A DNA stretch of 64,000 nucleotides, from assembly GCF_001194135.2 (NCBI RefSeq), contig NC_068984.1, positions 15,879,389 through 15,943,388 on the forward strand. Reading direction: 5' to 3'. Below the pieces are notes generated by a model. That model made no database searches. It had not been told where the DNA came from and worked only from the letters and a program-made list of their open reading frames with translations. This document shows positions 23,454 through 34,040 of the stretch, in pieces. The first letter of the stretch is position 1. Every line of letters starts with the position of its first letter. The translations under genes were made by a program, and so were the position numbers. This DNA is from Octopus bimaculoides (Eukaryota).

Positions 23454-23633
23454 TAATAGATGTCATAAAAGTGACAAAGGGTACTGACTAACACTGCTTT
23501 TGCTAAAGATAAGAGTTAAACTAATGCAAAACCACAAACACAATGTCTTTGTGGCTTTGAGTTTGTTTAACTCTTATTTTTAGCAAAAGCAGTGCTACTC
23601 AGTACTCTTTATCACTTTTGTGACCTCTATTAA
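23454..23633. repeat. Diverged palindrome/MITE-like hairpin (~85-bp arms)
   Basis: taatagatgtcataaaagtgac...ccacaaa pairs with tttgtgg...gtgacctctatta, with scattered mismatches. Confidence 0.85.
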
Positions 23634-23731
23634 CTTTGTCTTTAGGTTCTAATTGCTAATAAGACACCCGTTTCAATTTATATATGATACATTTCTAAAT
23701 CTCTCAGAGAGACTTAAGCAGTAGTGATATG

Positions 23732-23892
23732 ATAAAGTAGTTGTATGCTGTCAACTTAATGTGACAGTCCCTTGAAGGGAATCATACTACTGCTATTTAG
23801 CCCTAGGAAGCTGCACTGCTTCCTAGGGCTAAATAGCAGTAGTATGATTCCCTTCATGGGACTGTCACATTGACAGCATACAACTACTTTAT
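23732..23892. repeat. Near-perfect fold-back palindrome derived from the hammerhead-bearing element
   Basis: Arms meet at ggaagc-tgcact-gcttcc and differ by one 5-nt indel and one substitution. Confidence 0.92.
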
Positions 23893-24548
23893 ATATATAT
23901 ATATATATNNNNNNNNNNNNNNNNNNNNNNNNNNNNNNNNNNNNNNNNNNNNNNNNNNNNNNNNNNNNNNNNNNNNNNNNNNNNNNNNNNNNNNNNNNNN
24001 NNNNNNNNNNNNNNNNNNNNNNNNNNNNNNNNNNNNNNNNNNNNNNNNNNNNNNNNNNNNNNNNNNNNNNNNNNNNNNNNNNNNNNNNNNNNNNNNNNNN
24101 NNNNNNNNNNNNNNNNNNNNNNNNNNNNNNNNNNNNNNNNNNNNNNNNNNNNNNNNNNNNNNNNNNNNNNNNNNNNNNNNNNNNNNNNNNNNNNNNNNNN
24201 NNNNNNNNNNNNNNNNNNNNNNNNNNNNNNNNNNNNNNNNNNNNNNNNNNNNNNNNNNNNNNNNNNNNNNNNNNNNNNNNNNNNNNNNNNNNNNNNNNNN
24301 NNNNNNNNNNNNNNNNNNNNNNNNNNNNNNNNNNNNNNNNNNNNNNNNNNNNNNNNNNNNNNNNNNNNNNNNNNNNNNNNNNNNNNNNNNNNNNNNNNNN
24401 NNNNNNNNNNNNNNNNNNNNNNNNNNNNNNNNNNNNNNNNNNNNNNNNNNNNNNNNNNNNNNNNNNNNNNNNNNNNNNNNNNNNNNNNNNNNNNNNNNNN
24501 NNNNNNNNNNNNNNNNNNNNNNNNNNNNNNNNNNNNNNNNNNNNNNNN

Positions 24549-24776
24549 AAATCTAAACCTAAAAATTTTCTAGTTTGAATGTTATATTTTTAAAAAATTG
24601 TTTTCTACGGCATGATTTCTTTCTTTCTTTCTTTCTTTCTTACATTCTTTATTTATTTATTTATTTATTTATTAAATTTGATATTTATTTTGATGATTAT
24701 TACTCTAACGGATTTTATAGCGTTCTAAATTGAACAGTAAATGAAATTATAATATAAAATTTTTAGGTTTAGATTT
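24549..24776. repeat. AT-rich segment bounded by a perfect 20-bp inverted repeat (MITE-like), next to a gap
   Basis: aaatctaaacctaaaaattt at 24549-24568 and its reverse complement at 24757-24776. Confidence 0.5.
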
Positions 24777-25362
24777 GAGGAAATTTACTGTTTCAGGTAG
24801 TTGGTAAGTCGATTACATCGACCCCAGTACTCAACTGGTACTTATTTTATTGATCCCGAAAGGATGAAAGACGAAGTTGACCTTGGCAGAATTTGAACTC
24901 AGAACACAAAGACAGACGAAATGCCACTGAGCATTTTACCTGGTCAGTACATTCAGAAGAAACAAGAGAAGACCATCTTGACAGACTCAGCACATGGTAT
25001 TGAATGGTTCTGATAGATAACCATTCATCCAAACGACCAAGCAGATATCACTGTACATTATAGCAACCTAGCCTTGGAAGATGGAACCGAGACAAACCAT
25101 CATGACAATAGCTGCTAAGTATTGGTGCTCAGCACCATCAAAAGCTTTTGATTGATCCAAAAAGTAAATGTTACAGTTTTTTTTGTGTGTTGTGAAATGT
25201 CTAAGATGGTTACTTTGTAGTATAATTGTTACACTTTCATATTCATCTCAGATCAAATCACTTCTTGCTAATACAAGGGAATCCTTGAAATATCGGTTCT
25301 TTATTAAAGAAAAATAATTTTGATGCATGCACGCATGCGCACACAAATACACACACACACAA

Positions 25363-25393
<31 letters not shown>

Positions 25394-26332
25394 AGCAAGG
25401 TGCTTGGTGTTAGGAAGGGCATCCAGTCATAAAAACCACACCAACACGGGCACTGAAGTTTGGTGTAGTCGTCTGCCTAGCCAGCCTCTGTCAAACCATC
25501 CAACCCATGCCAGCATGGAAAGCAGATGTCAAATGATAATGATAATGATACATGTAAGAGGAGCTGTGTAGTAAGAAGGTTACTTCCCAATCACATGGTT
25601 CCAGGTTCAGTCCCACTGCATGACTCTTGGGCAAGTGTCTTTTACTGAAGTTTTGGGCCAATTGAAGCCTTGTGAGTGAATCTGGAAACTGAAAGAAGCA
25701 TGTCGTATATATGTTTGTGTGTGTGTGTGCCTGCATTTGTTCCCTACCTCTCACTGCTTGATGACTGGTGTTGGTTTGTTTACATCCCTGTAGCTCAACA
25801 ATTCAGCCAAAGAGACAGACAGAATAAGTACTGGGGTTGGAGATTTTTGGACCATGCCTGCATTTTAGAAAATTCTTGCTGTCTTTTTGGAATCTGCATG
25901 GCAGCAGCACAGCCGAAAACCAATAGCCAAGGCCAAAGGGAGACAATCGTTTATCTTCATGGTGCCTTGGTGCTTTGGTGATCACAAGATCTCAGTGCGG
26001 CCGAAGATTGATGGACAATGGCAAAGGGAGATAATCACCTAGGGTTTTACCCTTAAAAACGAGGCTTTTCACCCTCCATATTTAAAAGAAGTCTCAGGCC
26101 AACAGTGTTTTGGGTCTGAAGATACACCGTATGGCTAAACCCCTTATGAGTGAGAAGCCCAGGGTAACCTCATAAACCAGCCTATCCCACTATGATATAT
26201 ATATATATATATGTANNNNNNNNNNNNNNNNNNNNNNNNNNNNNNNNNNNNNNNNNNNNNNNNNNNNNNNNNNNNNNNNNNNNNNNNNNNNNNNNNNNNN
26301 NNNNNNNNNNNNNNNNNNNNNNNNNNNNNNNN

Positions 26333-26377
<45 letters not shown>

Positions 26378-26877
26378 ATATATATGTGTGTGTGTGTGTT
26401 TGTGTGTATGAAGAAAACAAAAAATGGAGAAATATTGATGAACAACAATTGACTTACATCAATTTTTATTTAGTAATTCAATACAGATAGACTGCATCCT
26501 ATCTAACAGCTGTTTCTGCTCCCAATGTATTGCCATTGATATGCTAAAGATATTTATCATATTTGGTAATAAAACTGATCTGAAACATGGAGCTTCATCA
26601 GAGTGAAGTATAAATATAAAAAGAAGTAGAGCCTAGAGAAGAAAAAGGATAAGTTGAATATGATAGCAATCATACCATTTTGTTTGTGTATCTCTTTGGG
26701 ATGTTAAGTCCCAAAGAGATATGTACATACACATGCACACACATATATGATTGTTGGAATAATAATCAAAGTTTATGTATAAACAATTGAACTTGAATCT
26801 TAAGTATTGATGTTTGAATTAATTAGCAAATGATTTAAATTAATTACTCAAGTCAAATTATTTGTATTCTGTTTTAG

Positions 26878-26955
26878 CAACCCCCATCAAAACATGCTTT
26901 TTCCCTTCATGATAACCGAAAGCAATTTAAGGGGGATGCTCATAGCTTTGGCAAG
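26878..26955 (+). CDS. C3orf84: C3orf84-like protein, exon 3 (QPPSKHAFSLHDNRKQFKGDAHSFGK)
   Basis: ttttag acceptor, gtaaga donor, phase 0-0; parallels the recalled human HFFSKHDNRTSF. Confidence 0.8.
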
Positions 26956-27150
26956 GTAAGATGTTTTTATTCTAAATTCTCTAAATAATTAACAGGGCCC
27001 AAAAATACTCATTCAAGCCAATGGTATTGAATTGCCTCTCTCCTCTACTTTCCCATGACTTTGGTTTCTCTATCAGACTTGTTTGCTTTCCTCTTTCACC
27101 CCTTTTATAAACACTTTTGATAACATTTGCATTGGACAAATGGAGACTAC

Positions 27151-27622
27151 TTAACCTTTTCGTTACCGTATTTCTGCTAAGATGCTCTGTGTTTCTTTCA
27201 ATTAATTTTGAATATAACAAAGAATTTAGTAAAATGACATAGTTATCATTAAGCTAGTATTAGGAACATAACTTGTGACTAAGGTTTGGTGGGAGATTTT
27301 AATTCAAAACTTATTAAAACAAGACATTTGTACGACAGAGCCAGAGCCAGTCTCAGCTGGGTGGGTGAAGAAAGGGTTAAATTAGTCATTTGTTAACCCT
27401 TTTGTCACCATAATTCTGTTGAGATGCTCTGTGTTTCTTTCAATTAATTTTAAATATAACAAAGAATTTAGTAAAACAACTTAGTTATCATTAAAATAGT
27501 GTTAGGAACACAAATTGTGGCTAAGGTTTGGTGGAAGATTTTAATTCGAAACTTATGTAAACAAGAGATTTGCACTACAGAGCCAGAACTGGTTTCAGCC
27601 GGGTTGGTATCGAAAGGGTTAA
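27151..27622. mobile_element. Head-to-tail dimer of a TTAA-flanked (piggyBac-like) MITE, family 1
   Basis: Copies 27151-27380 and 27393-27622 with ttaacc(c)ttt...aaagggttaa ends; spacer attagtcatttg. Confidence 0.8.
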
Positions 27623-27892
27623 AGTAGAGTGAATTCTTTAGTTTGTGGGAGACAAAGTAGACTTTCTAGTGTGGGTGCTATGATAAAATGCACCCAGTAC
27701 ATCTTGTAAAGTGGTGGTTGTTAAGAAGGGCATCCAGCTGTAGAAACCGTGCCAAAGAATGGAATGTATGAAGTGAGAAATGGTTGATTCATCTTTTAAG
27801 GCAATTACTCAAAATGAAAACTGACTGGGATCATAAGAATCTATTCAAGTCATGCCACCATTAAAAGTAGACATAAAGCAATGATGATGATA

Positions 27893-27924
<32 letters not shown>

Positions 27925-27925
27925 A

Positions 27926-27957
<32 letters not shown>

Positions 27958-27958
27958 A

Positions 27959-27999
<41 letters not shown>

Positions 28000-28697
28000 A
28001 GAATGTTAAAGCTGAAAATTTTGAGGAGACATTACTCTATTGGTGACAAAGATTCTATGTGTGTGTGTGTGTGTGTGTGCGCGTGTGTGCGTGCATGTGT
28101 AAATATATAGCAAAACAGAATTCTGTGATCATATAATTTTATGGGAGACAGACTTAAATTGACTATTTTGATTTTATGATTTTGCTTGCATATTGTGATA
28201 CTAATAACCAGTTGATAGAGCTTAATATACTTACGTCTTAATTGAGTAAAAAGGTGTCAGGAGAGTACAGAGTGTAATATTAATTAATGACTCACAAAAG
28301 AACAGGAATTATGTAATCATTTCATTATCTTACAACTGTTTCTGCTATAAGAAGCAATATATTCAGAGCTGAGTGCATATACAATATCCTATAATTTTCT
28401 TGGAGTCTTTACTTTTACAATTATAAATATTATAGTATGCAATGTCATTTACATTTATTTAAGTGTGGCAAATAACAAGACTGTAGTAGCCCTCTTACAC
28501 AATTTGTGACAAATAATACAGGGCTGTTGCAGCCCTGTTTTGTAATCTGTACTTGAAATCAATAGCTATTCTCAAACTTGATAAGATCTTTTGAGACAAT
28601 GAACAATATGTTCAGTATTAGAGAATTTTCGATAAAACAAAAGGAAGCATATTAATGGTAATAAAATATGCTGCCAATCCTATCATATTTTGCCTAG

Positions 28698-28923
28698 TAA
28701 CTATGTTATTTTACTAAATTCTTTGTTATATTTAAAATTAATTGAAAGAAACACTGAGCATCTCAACAGAAATATGGTGACAAAAGGGTTAACAAATGAC
28801 TAATTTAACCCTTTCGATACCAACCCAGCTGAAACTGGCTCTGGCTCTGTAGTACAAATGTCTTGTTTTTATAAGTTTTGAATTAAAATCTTCCACCAAA
28901 CCTTAGTCACAATTTATGTTCCT
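28698..28923. mobile_element. Truncated inverted copy of the same MITE dimer junction
   Basis: aaagggttaa-caaatgactaat-ttaacccttt; the spacer at 28793-28804 is the exact reverse complement of 27381-27392. Confidence 0.8.
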
Positions 28924-29052
28924 ATAAAATTTCTCTAAATAAGATATTTGAGTGAAGAGGTTAGATTTCCTAGCAGAACTTATCAATAACGCAGGTCTTT
29001 AAAGTGAATGCCACATATCATATATTTTGGCTGTTATTTTTCTTTTTTTCAG

Positions 29053-29511
29053 GGTTTGGGTCGAAGACACATAGACAAGGCATATTACTGTTCTTATGAT
29101 GGGGTATTGCCACGGAAATTTGATAAAACTCACTTGGATTGTGCATGGCCTTATATTTCAACCTATAAAAAGATGTTCCACCTGGCTCACCACAAATTTC
29201 CCCCCCCACCAAATATTTTTCATGTGACAGCATCGACTTTACATAACCAGCGATATGGAATAACTACATATCAAATTTCACATGGTAATGCAAATCCTTA
29301 TGATGATTCCATTCAAAAGAAGGAGCAAGTTTTGGATCACAAGAATAAACCACCTTTGCAGCGTCCCAAAACTGCTCCCCCCATTCTTCAGGAAAGTGTT
29401 GCTCTATGTTTAAAGTGGGAGAAACCTAATGTACAACAGCCTGCTAAAGAGAATGCTTCTACGTCTACAACATCATTAAGGCTATCAAAAGACGTAGCCA
29501 CTCAGATCTGA
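29053..29511 (+). CDS. C3orf84: C3orf84-like protein, terminal exon (GLGRRHID...RPKTAPPILQESVALCLKWE...ATQI*)
   Basis: tttttttcag acceptor, phase 0, 152 aa + TGA; parallels the recalled human QGIGRR, TTYQ and VSECLNW motifs; AATAAA at ~29635. Confidence 0.8.
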   Translation, partial: GLGRRHIDKAYYCSYDGVLPRKFDKTHLDCAWPYISTYKKMFHLAHHKFPPPPNIFHVTASTLHNQRYGITTYQISHGNANPYDDSIQKKEQVLDHKNKPPLQRPKTAPPILQESVALCLKWEKPNVQQPAKENASTSTTSLRLSKDVATQI

Positions 29512-30443
29512 AGGTTCGAAAATTCTCTCATCTTAATTAAACATAGGAAAATAGAAATTGTGAAATATAATTTGACAATATTTTTTTTTTTTTTTTTGGT
29601 GATAGAAAAACTGTATGTATCTTTACACAATGTGAATAAAATAGATCAATTGGTTTTCCATTGAAAACTGATATCAGCAGAGAAGAGATAGGTTTGTAAA
29701 CATTAATGAAATCATTGACAACTGATAATATGTGTCTGAAATTGCTCCTTCTGATTAAAAATTATAAATGTTTATATAATGTTATTATTTTAAATAATTT
29801 TTAAGAATAACTGAACAGTTACTGATGGTGTGATTTATACCATGAGTAGAGCCAACTTGATCTTCAAAATAAATTAAGATTACATATCTTAAAAGCATTT
29901 CATGACTGTGTTTCTAATTACTAGACTGCCTTTGTGTTTTAATTAATTTACAATATAATTAAGATTCTGAAGGGGTTTATTAAAATATCTGAAACTTTAT
30001 ATGGAAGAATATACAATGTTGGTTTTGTCCAACTGAAATCTTATTCTATCATTCCTCATGATATTTTGATTACAATATGAATACTTTCGTAGGATGGTCT
30101 CAAATGGGTTGGTAATAAAAAGGTTAATTATATTCCATTTATCTATTAAATTAAAATTTTATCAGGATAGTTTTTTTTTCTTAGCCTATGACAAAATTGA
30201 AGAATTTAAATTGTATTACAAAATTTGTAATTGTATTATACACTAAAATATTTGAAGAAAATTCTGATAAAATTAGTTACTTATGCATAGATAGATTCAA
30301 GTTCACCACACTGTTATGTATAATGTCCTTAAAAAATTCTCTAAAAAAATGACAAAAGTTCTCATTAATTTAAAGATCTATTAAATTAGCTATTATTGAC
30401 AACAGCAGTATTTGTAATAAGCAATAATAAACACACCCAACTT

Positions 30444-30840
30444 AAATTGGACGTGTTGTCTATATTACACTTAAACTGCTATCAGCATTCAAAGATACCA
30501 TCTCATGTTAATGACATGTGCTCATTAAGCATTGACTATATTGACTGATGAAATGATTATCTGCTCTAGTGAATAGTACTACTGTATCCTGTGATTTCAA
30601 CATTGCTGTAGATCTTCAGTGGCATCTCAGCCTCGCACTGAACGTCCAAATAGCTGGACTGCCACTGATGATCTGCAGAAATGGTGAAACCATGTGATAC
30701 AGTAGTGTTGTCCACTAGAGCAGACAGTTATTCCATCAGTTGATATAGTCAATTCTTAACGAGTGCATGTCATTAACATGAGATGGTACCTCTGGACATT
30801 AATAGCAGTTTAAAAGCAATCTAGACAACACATCCAATTT
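30444..30840. repeat. Diverged fold-back element (~180-bp arms, ~35-bp spacer)
   Basis: 30444-30624 pairs with 30660-30840 (e.g. taccatctcatgttaatgacatg / catgtcattaacatgagatggta). Confidence 0.9.
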
Positions 30841-31186
30841 GACCCTCTCAGAGCTGGGCCCCTCTGTCTAACTGTATTCTTTACCTGGGCTCCTGAGCAA
30901 AAAGACAAAAAACAAAACAAAAACAAAAACAAAAACAAAAACAAAAAACATGGTAGCATATGCAGCTCAAGAGTAATGATTGCAGGTAAACTAATGGACA
31001 GAATTCTTTGTGTGTTGTTCATTACCGTTTTACCAGGAATCCGGCAGAGATGACATTTAAACTATTCCTGTCATAGCAGGAACACACACGACAAGATTAA
31101 GTTGGATGTGTTAATTAATATATATAATACAAAATGGCTGATAGTTAGCAAAGTGAGACACACATAAGAAAGAAGAAAGCAAAGGA

Positions 31187-31226
31187 CCACTGATGAGGTC
31201 ACAGAAGTGTGACGAAAGAACTCTGG
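31187..31226 (+). ncRNA. Candidate degenerate minimal hammerhead ribozyme
   Basis: CCA-CUGAUGA-G-GUCACA(GAAG)UGUGAC-GAAA-GAAC-UC-UGG: intact core, 6-bp helix II plus one extra G, 3-bp helix I and a CUC triplet. Confidence 0.5.
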
Positions 31227-31251
31227 CCGAAATAGGATTAATGTAATATAA

Positions 31252-32656
31252 TCTATATATATAAAAATGAGAATGTGTGTCTGTCTGTCTGTGTGTGTGT
31301 GTGAATCCCTAAAACTCGAGAACTACGCAACCAATTTCATTCAAATTTTACACATGCCTTACTTAGGGTTCCAGTTGTGTTTTAGTAAAAAAAAATTATT
31401 AACTTCTTGCAGAGTTTGAGCACACGGCAACATAATATCTCCTCCACTATTTAAGTATTACGTGTCAAAAGTGAAACAAAAACACTCATGTCAAATACTT
31501 TCACTTTAAANNNNNNNNNNNNNNNNNNNNNNNNNNNNNNNNNNNNNNNNNNNNNNNNNNNNNNNNNNNNNNNNNNNNNNNNNNNNNNNNNNNNNNNNNN
31601 NNNNNNNNNNNNNNNNNNNNNNNNNNNNNNNNNNNNNNNNNNNNNNNNNNNNNNNNNNNNNNNNNNNNNNNNNNNNNNNNNNNNNNNNNNNNNNNNNNNN
31701 NNNNNNNNNNNNNNNNNNNNNNNNNNNNNNNNNNNNNNNNNNNNNNNNNNNNNNNNNNNNNNNNNNNNNNNNNNNNNNNNNNNNNNNNNNNNNNNNNNNN
31801 NNNNNNNNNNNNNNNNNNNNNNNNNNNNNNNNNNNNNNNNNNNNNNNNNNNNNNNNNNNNNNNNNNNNNNNNNNNNNNNNNNNNNNNNNNNNNNNNNNNN
31901 NNNNNNNNNNNNNNNNNNNNNNNNNNNNNNNNNNNNNNNNNNNNNNNNNNNNNNNNNNNNNNNNNNNNNNNNNNNNNNNNNNNNNNNNNNNNNNNNNNNN
32001 NNNNNNNNNNNNNNNNNNNNNNNNNNNNNNNNNNNNNNNNNNNNNNNNNNNNNNNNNNNNNNNNNNNNNNNNNNNNNNNNNNNNNNNNNNNNNNNNNNNN
32101 NNNNNNNNNNNNNNNNNNNNNNNNNNNNNNNNNNNNNNNNNNNNNNNNNNNNNNNNNNNNNNNNNNNNNNNNNNNNNNNNNNNNNNNNNNNNNNNNNNNN
32201 NNNNNNNNNNNNNNNNNNNNNNNNNNNNNNNNNNNNNNNNNNNNNNNNNNNNNNNNNNNNNNNNNNNNNNNNNNNNNNNNNNNNNNNNNNNNNNNNNNNN
32301 NNNNNNNNNNNNNNNNNNNNNNNNNNNNNNNNNNNNNNNNNNNNNNNNNNNNNNNNNNNNNNNNNNNNNNNNNNNNNNNNNNNNNNNNNNNNNNNNNNNN
32401 NNNNNNNNNNNNNNNNNNNNNNNNNGTTTACAATGAGGTGTTATAATCACAACAGCAAGAAAGTATGTACATGATCACCTTCTTTTACGAAACTTCATTG
32501 ACTTTCATATATTTATATTGATATACATATATATACGTGTGTTTGGGTGCGTGTGTGTATATACATCTCTATATATAAAGATGATGCGTAGTCTAGACGG
32601 CGTTTTTAGATTTCATTATTCTCTTTAACCCGGGCAACGCCGGGTATTTCTGCTAG
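31252..32656 (+). mobile_element. Non-autonomous Helitron-like element(s) spanning an assembly gap
   Basis: 5' A|TCTATATATATAAAA at 31252; a second A|TCTCTATATATAAAG at 32566; 3' hairpin acccgg-gcaacg-ccgggt (32628-32645) followed by CTAG|T at 32653-32657. Confidence 0.75.
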
Positions 32657-33655
32657 TGTAATATAAAGCTGAAGCAAATTAACACCAAATATACAGTGCG
32701 TGTGTTTTTATTGGCTAAACTGGCAATATGACCATCCCCAAGTACAATAATAATAATTCTTTTTTAAATAGTATTTCTGGAATATTCCAAGAAGGAATGT
32801 TATGGTAGTCTGACTAATGACTATGATTATGACTAATGACTAATTTTCTCCTTTTATTCTTTTCATGTCTCATTAGTTACTTGGCAACCTCATTAGTGCT
32901 CATGACATGAAAAACAAGCAGCCAGTACATATTGTGAAGTGATTAGCATTAGGAAGGGCATCGTCCAATCCATGCCAGTATGGACAACAGACAATAAATG
33001 ATGATGATGATCCAGCCATAAAGTCCATACCAATGCTGACGTTGGAGCACAATGCAGCCCAGTGGCTCACTGGATCCTGTCAAACCATCCAACCCATGTC
33101 AGCATGGAAAAATGGTTGTCAATTGAAAATGATGATAAACTATGAATTAATCCTTGCTGACACAGACCATCACTAGTTTTGTCAGATTCCAGATTTTAAC
33201 AAGTCTGAATTCAAACTGATACTGAATAAGGAGGGCTCTCTACTTTCTAGAAGAAAACTGCTTAAATTGTTGGTGGTATGATAAGTATAGATACAAGCTC
33301 ATTGGTTTAGCCATTGACAACTACAGGAATCTGTCCCCTCCTGCCAGTTTACCTGATGACAATGGATGTTGAAATTATTGGCATTCAAATACAAATCGTT
33401 ATTATGTTAAACTGTCGTATGTCCAAATGCGTTTTTTTCAATATATATATTTGCTTGCAATAGCGGGTTCTTTTGGTCAAACTATCATATCTCCAGCTGC
33501 TTCAGATGCCAAGATATCAAAAATTGTCGAAGTGTAGTAAAACGCTTTTGCTATTGAATGCTAAAACTATTTTTTTGTTTTCTGAAAAAGCAACATTTTG
33601 GACTTTTACATAACAGCAACAAAATTAATATCTAGCAATATATAGGCACAGATGT

Positions 33656-34040
33656 GGAGGCGCAATGGCCCAGTGGTTAGTGCAGTGGACTCGCAGTCAA
33701 AAGATCACGGTTTCGATTCCCAGACCGGGTGTTGTGAGTGTTTATTGAGCAAAACATCTAAAGCTCCACGAGGCTCCGGCAGGGGATGGTGGCAAACCCT
33801 GCTGTACTCTTTCACCACAACTTTCTCTCACTCTTTCTTCCTGTTTCTGTTGTGCCTGTAATTCAAAGGGCCAGCCTTGTCACACTGTGTCACGCTGAAT
33901 ATCCCTGAGAACTACGTTAAGGGTACACGTGTCTGTGGAGTGATCAGCCACTTGCACGTTAATTTCACGAGCAGGCTGTTCCGTTGATCGGATCAACTGG
34001 AACCCTCAACGTCGTAAGCGACAGAGTGCCAACAACAACA
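33656..34040 (+). mobile_element. tRNA-head SINE family C (ggaggcgcaatggcccagtggttag... (CAA)n tail)
   Basis: A/B-box-like head; TSD aggcacagat(g/a)t at 33644-33655 and 34040-34051. Confidence 0.9.

Noticed and set aside
25860-26030. Possible Penelope GIY-YIG remnant
   Set aside because: The resemblance is too weak to call without a profile search.
26112-26145. CTGAAGA followed by a small stem
   Set aside because: GAAA and the cleavage triplet are missing.
30665-30696. CTGATGA...GAAA in the fold-back arm (CTGAAGA...GAAA in the opposite arm)
   Set aside because: No convincing helix II or helix I pairing and no properly placed NUH triplet.
33656-33730. tRNA-like sequences at the heads of SINE families A, C and CORE
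   Set aside because: They have A/B-box-like motifs but no complete cloverleaf, and they continue into multi-copy SINE bodies; not called as tRNA genes.
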